Below, one piece after another: positions 30,591-40,813 of a stretch of 50,222 nucleotides of DNA. The position numbers and the translations under genes were made by a program. Where the stretch lies: NCBI GenBank assembly GCA_964441765.1, contig CAYTVI010000005.1, positions 1 through 50,222 on the forward strand, given 5' to 3'. This stretch comes from an uncultured Sulfurospirillum sp. (GTDB lineage: Bacteria > Campylobacterota > Campylobacteria > Campylobacterales > Sulfurospirillaceae). The notes under the pieces were generated by a model. The model ran no database searches. It was not told the DNA's origin and saw nothing but the letters and a program-made list of their open reading frames with translations. Each line of letters opens with the position of its first letter. Position 1 is the first letter of the stretch.

Positions 30591-32545
30591 GAAAATGCTT
30601 TATTTGGCTGATAGTTCTTCTGGGTTTACATGTAAATCTTTACGGCGTTTCATTTAACGCTGAAGAGAGAAATTATTTAGACAAAAAATATGAAATCACA
30701 ATGTGTATTGACCCCGATTGGCTCCCGTTTGAAAAAGATAACAATAACGAACACATTGGTATGGTGGGTGATTATATGCGTCACATCTCCTCGTTACTTA
30801 AAACACCCATCGTTCTTATCTCCACGCAAAGCTGGGCACAATCTCTTGAATTTGCCAAGCAAAGAAAGTGCGACATTATCTCCTCTGCCATCGACACACC
30901 TGCACGCAGAGCCTTTCTTAATTTCACAGAACCTTCGTTGCAATACTCAGTTGCTATTGTAACGACGAATGATAAATCATTTGTCGACTCAATGGATACT
31001 ATTTCAGATAAAAAACTAGCGATTGTTAAAGGGTATGCTTTTGGTGAGCTTCTTCAAAACCGTTATCCTAAGCTACAATTTATCGAAGTAGACACACTAG
31101 AAGAAGGCTTTAATCTTGTACGCAAAGGCATTGTTTTTGGTTATATCGACCCACTTCCTGTTCTTGCCTATGCCGTTCAAAAAAACGCCTTTGAAAGCTT
31201 GAAAATCAATGGTAAATTTGATGAAAAATGGCACCTAAGTATTGGGGTGCGTAACGACGAGCCTCTTTTACTCTCAGTTTTTAATAAAGCAATTAAAGCC
31301 GTTGATGAACAGGTTAAAACAGAAATCATTAACCGTTGGATTAGTCGCACCTATGAGCAAAAGCCAAATTATACACTTGTTGTACAAGTTGGGCTGATTG
31401 CTTTAGCGCTTATTTTATTTATGGTTTACCGCTATCTTATCGTTTCACATTATAACACTCAGCTTAAAAAAGCAGTGAATAGCTTTGAAGTACTTGTTGA
31501 ATCAACCATTGAGGGGATTATCCTTTTTGATAAGACCATGCACTGCATTATGGTCAACCAAGCCGCTGTTGATATTTTTGGCTACAGTAAAAAAGAGTTT
31601 AAAGGCTTGCATTACAGTGCTTTAGTTCACGAAGATTTTCTTGAATCTGTGACCAGGCGATTTGATTCATCCCAACTCCCACCCCATGAAGTACTGAGCA
31701 TCAAAAAAGATGGCACATTTTTTACCGCTTATACCAGAGGAGTAAATAGCTATTGGAAAGGCGAAAAAGTTCGTATTAGTTTTGTTGTGGATATTACCGA
31801 GTATAAACAACTCCAAAGCAACCTTGAGCAACGCGTGCAAATGCACGTTCAAGAAATTGAGCAGAAAAATCAAATGTTAGGACAACAGCATAAGCTCGTA
31901 GCCATGGGAGAAATGATAGGCGCTATTTCACATCAATGGCGACAACCGCTCAATGCCCTTAGCATCAATATCCAAAATCTTGAAGATGACTACCAAGAGG
32001 GCTTGGTCGATGAAGAATTTATCGTCTCTTTTGTGACACACAATCATAATATTATTGAGTACATGAGCAAAACCATTGATGATTTTCGTAATTTCTTTCG
32101 TATCGATAAAGAAAAACAAAGCTTTAGTGTTCACAAAACCATCACCGAGACACTCCACCTTCAATCTGCTCAACTACGCAATTACTTTATCGACATCGAA
32201 CTTTTAGGAGAAGACTTCTCGCTTTATACCTTTAAAAGTGAGTTCCAACAAGTCTTGCTCAATCTTATTAGCAATGCACGAGATGCTATCATTGAGCGCA
32301 AACATCTCGATGGTAAGATTACCATGACAACATCAGCTTCTTGTGTTATGATTGAAGACAATGGCGGTGGTATAGATGAGAGTGTCTTAGAGCGAATTTT
32401 TGAGCCTTACTTTACCACAAAAGAGCAAGGCAAGGGCATTGGGCTAGGACTTTACATCTCAAAGATGATTGTGGAGCAACATATGGGTGGGACACTGCGT
32501 GTTCACAACAGTGCCCAAGGTGCTTGTTTTACTCTCTGTTTTTAA
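30587..32545 (+). CDS. Sensor histidine kinase (periplasmic-binding domain plus PAS)
   Basis: DPDWLPFE; TM; PAS (KKDGT.F); HQWRQP, NARDA, GIGLGLY. Confidence 0.92.
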   Translation: MRKCFIWLIVLLGLHVNLYGVSFNAEERNYLDKKYEITMCIDPDWLPFEKDNNNEHIGMVGDYMRHISSLLKTPIVLISTQSWAQSLEFAKQRKCDIISSAIDTPARRAFLNFTEPSLQYSVAIVTTNDKSFVDSMDTISDKKLAIVKGYAFGELLQNRYPKLQFIEVDTLEEGFNLVRKGIVFGYIDPLPVLAYAVQKNAFESLKINGKFDEKWHLSIGVRNDEPLLLSVFNKAIKAVDEQVKTEIINRWISRTYEQKPNYTLVVQVGLIALALILFMVYRYLIVSHYNTQLKKAVNSFEVLVESTIEGIILFDKTMHCIMVNQAAVDIFGYSKKEFKGLHYSALVHEDFLESVTRRFDSSQLPPHEVLSIKKDGTFFTAYTRGVNSYWKGEKVRISFVVDITEYKQLQSNLEQRVQMHVQEIEQKNQMLGQQHKLVAMGEMIGAISHQWRQPLNALSINIQNLEDDYQEGLVDEEFIVSFVTHNHNIIEYMSKTIDDFRNFFRIDKEKQSFSVHKTITETLHLQSAQLRNYFIDIELLGEDFSLYTFKSEFQQVLLNLISNARDAIIERKHLDGKITMTTSASCVMIEDNGGGIDESVLERIFEPYFTTKEQGKGIGLGLYISKMIVEQHMGGTLRVHNSAQGACFTLCF

Positions 32546-34694
32546 CCGCTTGCCTTTTTACATGTAAAATAAATTCTGTATAGCCATTGGCTTGATTGCG
32601 CCCATCAAACACTAAATCAAGTGCCGCTTGAAATGCAATACTCTTGTCAAAATCTGGCGCCATCGGCTTATAGTTTGCATCTTTGCTATTTTGAGCATCA
32701 ACGATAACCGCCATCTTTTCAAAAGCCACCCTCACCTCCTCACGTGTCACTAACCCATGATGGAGCCAGTTAGCGATGTGCTGACTCGAAATTCGAAGCG
32801 TTGCTCGATCTTCCATCAGCTCTATATTGTTGATATCAGGCACTTTTGAACACCCTATGCCTTGGTCAACCCAACGCACAACATAGCCTAAGATACTTTG
32901 GATGTTATTTTCAATCTCTTTTGTTTTTTGCACTTGTGTGAGTGTATATGTGAGTAAAGGCGGTGTTAATAAAGCTTCAAGCGAAGCTTTTTGGCGTCGC
33001 ATTAACGTCTCTTGAAGCGATACAACATCTACTTGATGGTAATGCAACGCATGCAATGTAGCGGCTGTTGGGGAAGGAACCCATGCCGTTGTCGCACCAG
33101 AGCGAGGATGAGCAATTTTAATCTCAACCATTTTTTTCATCGCATCTGGCATCGTCCACATCCCTTTACCAATTTGCGCTTTGCCTTTAAAGCCAAGTGC
33201 TAAACCTACATCCACATTTTGATCTTCATAGGCTTTAAGCCACTTTTGGGCTTTTATCTCTTCTTTTGGTACAACAGCACCTAATTCCATCACCGAATGA
33301 ATTTCATCGCCTGTTCGGTCTAAAAAGCCTGTATTGATAAAAAAGACACGCTCACGTGCGGCTAAAATACTCGCTTTAAGATTAGCGCTTGTGCGTCTTT
33401 CTTCATCCATAATCCCCATCTTAATCGTATAGCGAGGAAGCCCTAGCACATCTTCAACAGAACCAAAAAGCGTATTGACAAAGGCTATCTCTTCTGGACC
33501 GTGGCATTTTGGTTTTACGATGTAAACACTCCCTTGAACACTGTTGCGTAGACCATCGTTTTTGCGAAGATCATGCATTGCGCATAACGTGGTGACAAAC
33601 GCATCTAAAAATCCCTCAGGTATCTTTTCATTTTTACATGTAATGGCATCCGTGTACATATGAATGCCCACATTGCGTACAAGAAGCAATACCCTACCCT
33701 TTAAACTCATTGCTTTACCATCTGGTGTTAAAAACTTTTTATCAGGATTGAGGGTACGATCTATCGTTTTGCCTTTATTTTCAAAACAAATCGATAAATC
33801 CCCTTTCATCATTCCGTTCCAATTACGGTAAATTCTTATTTTATCTTCCGCATCGACTGCCGCAACAGAATCTTCACAATCTTGAATGGCGCTAAGTGCT
33901 GATTCAAGAATCACATCTTTAATACCTGCTTGATTGGTTTTCCCAATAAAGCTATCTTTATCAAGCTCTATTTCTACATGTAAACCATTGTTTTTTAAAA
34001 GCACGGAGCATAGTTTACTTGCTTCTTCTCTGTACCCAACCCATTGCGAAGGCTCTTTTAAACCTGTGATTTGTCCCGATGATAGCGTTAAGGCTAATGT
34101 TTGATTTTCAAGAGAAAAGGAAACAACTTGCGCATAAGATCCCTCTTGCAACGCAAATGTTTCATCTAAAAAAGCATACGTACGTTCAAACACTTTCTCA
34201 CCACGTTTGGGATTGTAACTGCCTTTCTTTTCAAAGGGAGCACCATCTTCTATCATATCGGTGCCATAAAGGACATCGAGTAAACTTCCCCACCGTGCAT
34301 TGGCGGCATTGAGTGCATAACGTGCGTTATCAGCAGGCACAACCAATTGAGGTGCGGCAATAAGAGCGATTTCTGGGTCTACATGTAACGTGTCAATCGA
34401 TGTTTGATTAGGTTCATCCACAAGATAACCAATAGAGCGTAAAAAAGCTTCATGTGTCTCAAAACAAAGCTCTTTACCACGATGCACTTTATACCATGCG
34501 TCTAATTGTTCTTGTAAATCATCACGTTTTTTTAAAAGGAGTTTGTTTTGCGGTGAAAGCGTTTGAAGGGTTTTTTCAAATCCATTCCAAAACTGTTCTA
34601 CACTCACGCCCGTTTGTGGAAGAACTTCGTTGGTTATAAAATCGTACAAACTTGCATGAATATCTAATGTGCCTACGCGTATTCGTTCTTGCAT
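32529..34694 (-). CDS. glcB: Malate synthase G
   Basis: PQLVVP..NARYALNAANARWGSL, DCEDSVAAVD, GIMDEERRT, INTGFLDRTGDE, GCSKVPDI, MEDRATLRISSQH; 721 aa. Confidence 0.97.
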   Translation of the reverse strand: MQERIRVGTLDIHASLYDFITNEVLPQTGVSVEQFWNGFEKTLQTLSPQNKLLLKKRDDLQEQLDAWYKVHRGKELCFETHEAFLRSIGYLVDEPNQTSIDTLHVDPEIALIAAPQLVVPADNARYALNAANARWGSLLDVLYGTDMIEDGAPFEKKGSYNPKRGEKVFERTYAFLDETFALQEGSYAQVVSFSLENQTLALTLSSGQITGLKEPSQWVGYREEASKLCSVLLKNNGLHVEIELDKDSFIGKTNQAGIKDVILESALSAIQDCEDSVAAVDAEDKIRIYRNWNGMMKGDLSICFENKGKTIDRTLNPDKKFLTPDGKAMSLKGRVLLLVRNVGIHMYTDAITCKNEKIPEGFLDAFVTTLCAMHDLRKNDGLRNSVQGSVYIVKPKCHGPEEIAFVNTLFGSVEDVLGLPRYTIKMGIMDEERRTSANLKASILAARERVFFINTGFLDRTGDEIHSVMELGAVVPKEEIKAQKWLKAYEDQNVDVGLALGFKGKAQIGKGMWTMPDAMKKMVEIKIAHPRSGATTAWVPSPTAATLHALHYHQVDVVSLQETLMRRQKASLEALLTPPLLTYTLTQVQKTKEIENNIQSILGYVVRWVDQGIGCSKVPDINNIELMEDRATLRISSQHIANWLHHGLVTREEVRVAFEKMAVIVDAQNSKDANYKPMAPDFDKSIAFQAALDLVFDGRNQANGYTEFILHVKRQAVKNRE

Positions 34695-34713
34695 TTCCTG
34701 CTCCTATATTTTT

Positions 34714-34746
34714 TAGACTTTTTGTATAATATACTAAAAAAGTCTA
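34714..34746. promoter_or_regulatory. Imperfect palindrome over the glcB promoter (candidate operator)
   Basis: TAGACTTTTT-GTATA-a-TATAC-ta-AAAAAGTCTA. Confidence 0.45.
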
Positions 34747-34813
34747 CCAAAAAAGTAGCATAGAGATATGATAAAAATCTAATTTTTTCTAAAAGTCTCT
34801 CTTTTTTTGATAC

Positions 34814-36442
34814 TTATGTTCTAAATTTACTCAATCCATTATTGAGTTCTTCTGTCAGTTTATAAACATGCTCTGCAGCACCAGCTATCTCTTCAACACT
34901 GCGAGCATTTTTACTACTTGTTTCATCAATGGTACGCATTTCTCGAATCACACCAATAATACTATCATTGATACTTTGAGAACTCTGCATCGAATCTTCC
35001 GTAGCATGTACAACATTGGACATCACATGTGTCACTTCAATGATGGAACCGCTAACCGCTTCTGCATGATGGGTCATCTCTTTAAAAGAAGCTGCATTTT
35101 TATTCATCTCTTCAGAACTTTGGATGATGGATTGGACTACCACATTAATGGTCGCATTAATCTCAACAAGTGACTTTTGCGTTCGCTCTGCCAATGTCCG
35201 AACTTCATCAGCTACAACCGCAAATCCACGTCCATTTTCTCCTGCGCGCGCCGCTTCAATCGCAGCATTAAGCGCCAATAAATTTGTCTGATCCGCAATA
35301 TCTGAAATCATACTAAGGACACTTTTAACTTGTTCCGTATCTTTACTTAGGTGATTGAGCTTATCGGCTAAATCTAACTCTTTTGCGCTGTTTTGCATAA
35401 TCGTATCACTTAAATCAAGGATTATTTTTTTAGCCTCTGCTAACTTTTGATTGGCAATTTCTATCTCTTGTCCTACTTTTTTCGTTGCATCATAGTTTTC
35501 TCTGACAATGCTATTAATTTTATTGGTTGTTGTCACTGCTTTTTGAACAATTGCTACCTCATCTTCCACGCGCTTCCCAATTTCTAAAGCTGTCGTGCTT
35601 AGCTCTCCTGAAACAGCAACGTTTTCACTACTGGCTGTTTTACCCATAGCTATCAACTGCTGTAAATTGTCTAAAAACATGTCAAAATTACGAGAAACTT
35701 CGCCTATTTCATCAGCTTCTTGAATACCAATGCGCTTTGTTAAATCACCATTGCCTTTAGCTAAGTCCAAAGAGATGACCTGAATTTTTGAAATCGAATG
35801 AAGCACGGAACGCACTAGAACAACAGCGCCAAGAAGAACCAATGCAACCAATAAAACTCCTGAAGCGACAATAGCAAAAATACTGATGTTGGCTCTACTT
35901 TTTGAACTATCCATAGCCTCATCAAGTTCTTGTTCTACAGAATGTCGAATGCGCTCTAATGTTTGACTCATCTCATCTTCAAGTCCATCAAGGGTATCGT
36001 CAAGCTTATTTAATGCTTCTGTGATATCATCACCTTTTAAGCCTTTGTCAATTGTTTGGACAAGATTTTGTGTAAAAAGTTTTTCAAGTGTTTCTTCTTG
36101 TTTTTGAAGCGTTAAGCTTAATTGCTTTTCGGATGGAGTATCGGAGAGTTTTTCCAATTGTGCTTGCAAGGTTTTGAGTTCTTTGAAAAAGTGAACCATC
36201 TCATTCATACGTTCTTTTGAAATAGCCTCTTTTTGATCCACGATAATATCCATCGCTAGAAGGGTTACTTGTGTAATCGTATGTTCATAACGCTGGATTT
36301 GAGAAAGCTGTTGATATCTCAGATTCGAGAGTTCACTTGAAGCAATCAAAGAACGAATGGTCATAGAAGCAAAAATATTGCTCGCAATAATAATCACAAG
36401 AAGCATTGAGGCGCCGTAAATTAACTTTTTCTTAATAGTCAT
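34814..36442 (-). CDS. Methyl-accepting chemotaxis protein with helical sensor domain
   Basis: Two TMs, [35 protein letters not shown]; start MTIKKK after GGAG. Confidence 0.95.
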   Translation of the reverse strand: MTIKKKLIYGASMLLVIIIASNIFASMTIRSLIASSELSNLRYQQLSQIQRYEHTITQVTLLAMDIIVDQKEAISKERMNEMVHFFKELKTLQAQLEKLSDTPSEKQLSLTLQKQEETLEKLFTQNLVQTIDKGLKGDDITEALNKLDDTLDGLEDEMSQTLERIRHSVEQELDEAMDSSKSRANISIFAIVASGVLLVALVLLGAVVLVRSVLHSISKIQVISLDLAKGNGDLTKRIGIQEADEIGEVSRNFDMFLDNLQQLIAMGKTASSENVAVSGELSTTALEIGKRVEDEVAIVQKAVTTTNKINSIVRENYDATKKVGQEIEIANQKLAEAKKIILDLSDTIMQNSAKELDLADKLNHLSKDTEQVKSVLSMISDIADQTNLLALNAAIEAARAGENGRGFAVVADEVRTLAERTQKSLVEINATINVVVQSIIQSSEEMNKNAASFKEMTHHAEAVSGSIIEVTHVMSNVVHATEDSMQSSQSINDSIIGVIREMRTIDETSSKNARSVEEIAGAAEHVYKLTEELNNGLSKFRT

Positions 36443-36508
36443 CTTTATCACTCCTACAACAAAACGTTTGTAAGGTGATTGTATCACAAATTTAACACAA
36501 AAGAGTGA

Positions 36509-36871
36509 CTATAAAAATGCCTTAATTAAACATGCCCCCCAAACAACCACAAACAACACAATACTCAAAAACACAACCGCACTTCCTGCATCTTTTGCAC
36601 GACCAGCCATCTCGTGATATTCGAGTGTTACCAAGTCTGTCACGCGTTCTATAGCACTATTAATCGCTTCAGCTAAAGGCATTCCTAAAAGCGTTATAAA
36701 CATCAAAAGCTTATAAGAAAGTTCCAAAGGAATAAAAAAGATGACGGGTAAAAGGCATAAAACAATTATCATTTCTAAACGAAAAGAAGTTTCATTGGCA
36801 ATAATATCTTTTAATCCATTCAAGGCATAACGGGTATTTTTAAAAAAATGGTATTTAGGCTGATTTCTCAC
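36509..36871 (-). CDS. dgkA: Diacylglycerol kinase
   Basis: E.SFRLE, EAINSAIE...D, AKDAGSAVV. Confidence 0.93.
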   Translation of the reverse strand: MRNQPKYHFFKNTRYALNGLKDIIANETSFRLEMIIVLCLLPVIFFIPLELSYKLLMFITLLGMPLAEAINSAIERVTDLVTLEYHEMAGRAKDAGSAVVFLSIVLFVVVWGACLIKAFL

Positions 36872-38460
36872 TTATTTCCTTTTTTGGGAATTATATTTTT
36901 TGTTTTATCGTACAGACTTGTTTCTATCTCCATCAGACCTAAAATCGTATGAAAAAGATTGTCGTGGGAGTAGTCTAATGATGCTTTTTCTTTGAACTGT
37001 TCAAGATTGATTTTTTGCTTACTTTTTTCTCCAAGCCAGACAAAAGCGCCCACATGTGTCTGTTCTCGTGGTGCCATAAAATAGGGAATTCCATGCAGGT
37101 AAAGTCCTTTTTCGCCTAAAGATTCTCCATGGTCTGCCATGTATATCAATGCCGTTTCAAAACGCTCATCATTCTCTTTTAAAAATGCAATGGTTTTGGA
37201 GAGAAAATAGTCTGTGTACAAAATAGCATTATCATACGCATTGCCTATCTCTTCAGTAGTGCATTGTTCAACTTGGTTGGTTTGACACGTTGGGGTAAAA
37301 CGCTCATAGGCTTTGGGATAGCGCTTGTAGTAAGCAGGACCGTGATTGCCCATTTGATGCAACACAATCATCACATCTCCTTTTTGTGCATCGACATACG
37401 ATTGCAACCCTACTAACATTCCCTCATCACGACACTCTTCATCACAAAGCGTATTGGTTTTAGCGGTTCTAAAATCTTCATACGTCACACGTAATGCCAC
37501 ACCTTTGGAATCAGAGTTGTTATCGCGCCATAAAACACTCACCCCTGTATGCTTCAAAATGTCTAAAACATTTTCACTGTTCTTTGCCACTTTATCGCTG
37601 TAATTTTTACGCTCCAAATGTGAAAACATACAAGGAACCGATATTGCCGTTGAAGTTCCGCATGAAGAGATATTAGAAAGATTGATAATATCTTCTTTTT
37701 CTAACAAAGGATTGGTTTGACGCTCATAGCCATTGAGTGAAAAGCGGTTTGCGCGCGCTGCTTCACCCACAACAACAATGGTCAATTTACGAGTCTCAGG
37801 AGTTGATTTTACCAGCTTTGCATCTCTTCCTAAGGGTTGCAAGGTGTTGTCTCGCTTGTAAAATGTATCATGCACATATTTACCCGCGGAATAGAGATAA
37901 AAGGTAGGGTTCGTGTAAAAACGAAGAGGCTTATTTTCACGAAAAAATGATGTATAAAACTTACTAAAACTAAAAAGCATGATAACAATCATCAAAAGAC
38001 TTAGCACCACTCCTTTAAGCGTTGATGCGAGCTCTTGTCTAAATGTACCATAGCGTACCGGTAGCTTAAAGACGATAAAAGAAGGAATTACGCCCAATAA
38101 AAAAACATAAACAAAAAGCTTACTCGTTAAAAGGTCAAGCGATTCGTTCATATTGGTTTCAAGAGTGTTTTGAATCATCGTTTCATCAATAATCACATTG
38201 TACGTTTGCATAAAATAATTGGTAAACGAGGAGATGAGCAGTAAAAGTATCACAAAAGGTTTGAGTGTGTAGCGATTGGTTACCAACAAAAGAACAACGG
38301 TAATCACACAGAACAACACAACACCCAATGAAATAAGAAAACCTATATTTTCCCACGCAAGAGGATAAACAGTGGTTACTTTGATAAAAAATGTAAAATT
38401 ATCACAGCAAACAAAAAAAAGCGCTGTTGCTAAAATAAGTCCTAAACGTGAAAATATCAT
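36868..38460 (-). CDS. eptA: Lipid A phosphoethanolamine transferase (EptA/EptC family)
   Basis: VVGEAAR, SCGTSTA.SVPCMF, HQMGNHGP.Y, YDNAI.YTD, DHGESLGE. Confidence 0.92.
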   Translation of the reverse strand: MIFSRLGLILATALFFVCCDNFTFFIKVTTVYPLAWENIGFLISLGVVLFCVITVVLLLVTNRYTLKPFVILLLLISSFTNYFMQTYNVIIDETMIQNTLETNMNESLDLLTSKLFVYVFLLGVIPSFIVFKLPVRYGTFRQELASTLKGVVLSLLMIVIMLFSFSKFYTSFFRENKPLRFYTNPTFYLYSAGKYVHDTFYKRDNTLQPLGRDAKLVKSTPETRKLTIVVVGEAARANRFSLNGYERQTNPLLEKEDIINLSNISSCGTSTAISVPCMFSHLERKNYSDKVAKNSENVLDILKHTGVSVLWRDNNSDSKGVALRVTYEDFRTAKTNTLCDEECRDEGMLVGLQSYVDAQKGDVMIVLHQMGNHGPAYYKRYPKAYERFTPTCQTNQVEQCTTEEIGNAYDNAILYTDYFLSKTIAFLKENDERFETALIYMADHGESLGEKGLYLHGIPYFMAPREQTHVGAFVWLGEKSKQKINLEQFKEKASLDYSHDNLFHTILGLMEIETSLYDKTKNIIPKKGNK

Positions 38461-38588
38461 TAAGCTTCTTACCTTTTTGGTCAATAAAGTAACACACATT
38501 ATACCCTTTTACATGTAAAGCCTTTTTGAAGCGCTATTGAGTTTAGTTTTGGTTATAATATTTAACATATTTTCTTAAGGAGGAACGA

Positions 38589-39029
38589 ATGAAATTATTC
38601 GTAAACAGTGCCTTAATCGTTGCTGCATTAGCAGCTACAAGCGTGTTAAACGCTGCTGAATCAAAAGGTCTCAATGTTTTAATGACCTCAGGTGATGCTC
38701 AAACACAAATGATGGGGATGGTACTAGGAGGAAGCGTCCTCAACGAGCAAAAAAAAGTGCTCAATATTACACTGTGTGGACCTGCAGGTAATCTAGCCTT
38801 AAAAGACTTTACAGCACTTGATGTCAAAAAACCTGATGGAACTGTAGCTAATCCAAAAAGTGCTCTTCAAGGGCTTATAAAAGCAGGTGCTGTTGTGAAT
38901 GTTTGCCCACTCTTCTTACCCAATGCAAACAAAGATGCCAGCGCTTTAGTTGAAGGCATTACCGTAGCAAAACCTCCTTTGGTTGCAAAAGGGCTCACGG
39001 ATGGAGATTTTAGCAATATTAGTTTTTAA
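38589..39029 (+). CDS. Exported DsrE/DsrF-like protein
   Basis: Signal peptide; LCGPAG.LA and GA.V.VCPLFLPN; AAGGAGG RBS. Confidence 0.6.
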   Translation: MKLFVNSALIVAALAATSVLNAAESKGLNVLMTSGDAQTQMMGMVLGGSVLNEQKKVLNITLCGPAGNLALKDFTALDVKKPDGTVANPKSALQGLIKAGAVVNVCPLFLPNANKDASALVEGITVAKPPLVAKGLTDGDFSNISF

Positions 39030-39036
39030 TCTTTAC

Positions 39037-39064
39037 ATGTAAGCTTGGAAATCCAAGCTTACAT
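39037..39064. terminator. Hairpin terminator overlapping a TTACATGTAA copy
   Basis: ATGTAAGCTTGGA-aa-TCCAAGCTTACAT between convergent genes. Confidence 0.7.
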
Positions 39065-39067
39065 CTT

Positions 39068-39367
39068 TCAAATACACTGATTTTTTGCAATATACCACTT
39101 CACAATTGCCATCGTTGAGTAGTTCATTTCTCGTTGTGCATAAGGGATAGAATTGACTCGCATTTTAGAGCTAATAATGCCACATATCAGTGTTAAGAAA
39201 AGGAAGAAAGCTATCCCTATCCAGATATTATAGGCGTACCCTATCCATGCACCTAGACACAATGGAGCAAAGGTGAGTAAGCTATAGAGTGTAAACATCA
39301 ACATCTTACACCAAAATCCTTTGATTTTAGGAACAACTTCGATACTTGAAGGGGTAAACTCGTCCAT
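39068..39367 (-). CDS. Hypothetical membrane protein (2 TM)
   Basis: Two hydrophobic segments; tightly packed after yajQ. Confidence 0.7.
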   Translation of the reverse strand: MDEFTPSSIEVVPKIKGFWCKMLMFTLYSLLTFAPLCLGAWIGYAYNIWIGIAFFLFLTLICGIISSKMRVNSIPYAQREMNYSTMAIVKWYIAKNQCI

Positions 39368-39372
39368 AGTGC

Positions 39373-39870
39373 CTATTTTAAATTGGTAAAATTAACAGGG
39401 AAATCAAATTCACATTCACGAATCGCTTTAATCGCTTCTTGTAAATCATCTATCGATTTGCCCTCAACTCTCACAACATCTCCACGAATAGAGGCTTGCA
39501 CTTTGAGTTTCAAATCTTTAATCTCTTTGACAATTTTTTTAGCATCATCGCTTGAGATTGCATCTACAATGGAAACGGTCACTTTGATTTTAGAACCACC
39601 CGCTGGTTCGCGTTTGGTTTCTTTAAGAGCTTTGGACGATATTCCTCGTTTAATCGCTTCAGAAATCAACCCATCCACCATCGCATCTGCTTTAGAATCA
39701 GTCGTTGTTACCAAAGTAAAAGTTTTGGCTTTTTCATTGTGCTCAAACTCACACGTAATGCCTTTAAAATCCCATCGATTGGTAATGACTTTTTTTGCTT
39801 GCTCATAGGCATCTTTGAGCTTTTGCTTATCAATTTCTGCACTAATATCAAAACTGTGTTCTTTTGCCAT
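39373..39870 (-). CDS. yajQ: YajQ-family nucleotide/c-di-GMP-binding protein
   Basis: SFDIS, RWDFKG, KLKVQASI.GD.VRV.GK..DDLQ. Confidence 0.93.
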   Translation of the reverse strand: MAKEHSFDISAEIDKQKLKDAYEQAKKVITNRWDFKGITCEFEHNEKAKTFTLVTTTDSKADAMVDGLISEAIKRGISSKALKETKREPAGGSKIKVTVSIVDAISSDDAKKIVKEIKDLKLKVQASIRGDVVRVEGKSIDDLQEAIKAIRECEFDFPVNFTNLK

Positions 39871-39879
39871 AATTGCTCC

Positions 39880-40812
39880 TTATTGTCCAAGATAATCTTT
39901 AATATTTTCACCCACTAACCGAATTAACTCAGCTCTTGCTTCAACACTTGCCCATGCCGTGTGAGGGCTCATCGCTAATCGGTGTGGATACTTTACATGT
40001 AAAAGGGGGTTATTCTCTTCCATCGGCTCAACAGCGACCACATCAATCCCAGCATACAGACCTTGTACATCAATGGCGTGGGCTAAAGCATGCTCATCGA
40101 TAATTCCCCCACGACCCATATTAACAATCATCGCACCCGCTTTCATCCATGCAAGCTGTTGTGCTCCGATAAGCCCTTTGGTTTTATCATTAAGGGGTGC
40201 ATGTATCGATACGATATCGCATTTACGAAGCATTTCTTCTAATTCCAAACGTTCATACACAGCGTCACTGTTAGCACCACTTGTGGAATAGTAAAAGACC
40301 TGCGCTCCAAATGCTGTTGCTACTTTTGCAACTTCTTTACCAATATTTCCTAAACCAATAATTCCCCATTTCTTGCCCTTAATTTCAGTAATCGGACGGT
40401 CTAAATGCGTAAAAATTGGGCTCTTAACCCAAGCTCCTGATTTGACATAGGTATCATAATAAGCAGCTTGTCCTAACAAATACAACACTAACGTCAATGT
40501 TGCTTGTGTTACAGAAGCAGTGGAATAGCCCGCTACATTTTTAACACTTATTCCTTTTTCTTTGGCATAAACTAAGTCAATATTGTTCATCCCCGTCGCC
40601 GTCACACAAATAAGACCAAGATTTGGGCATGCGTCTATAACTTCTTTATCAATAAGCACTTTATTGGTCAAGATAATTTTTGCATCCCCAATATGTTCAA
40701 TACGTTCATGCAATGCCGTCGTATCAAATGCTTCAAAATGCCCAAACTGCTTAAAAACACTCAAATCCGCATCATTGCCAAGCGTTTTTGCATCAAGTAG
40801 TACAATCTTCAT
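39880..40812 (-). CDS. D-2-hydroxyacid dehydrogenase
   Basis: TNKV, ATG.NNID, GIIGLGNIG, HAPL, N.GRG, EP, PH.AW. Confidence 0.93.
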   Translation of the reverse strand: MKIVLLDAKTLGNDADLSVFKQFGHFEAFDTTALHERIEHIGDAKIILTNKVLIDKEVIDACPNLGLICVTATGMNNIDLVYAKEKGISVKNVAGYSTASVTQATLTLVLYLLGQAAYYDTYVKSGAWVKSPIFTHLDRPITEIKGKKWGIIGLGNIGKEVAKVATAFGAQVFYYSTSGANSDAVYERLELEEMLRKCDIVSIHAPLNDKTKGLIGAQQLAWMKAGAMIVNMGRGGIIDEHALAHAIDVQGLYAGIDVVAVEPMEENNPLLHVKYPHRLAMSPHTAWASVEARAELIRLVGENIKDYLGQ

Positions 40813-40813
40813 C

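Noticed and set aside
36868-38460. Mobile colistin resistance (mcr) gene
   Set aside because: Chromosomal eptA-dgkA arrangement with no IS nearby; treated as intrinsic EptA/EptC family.
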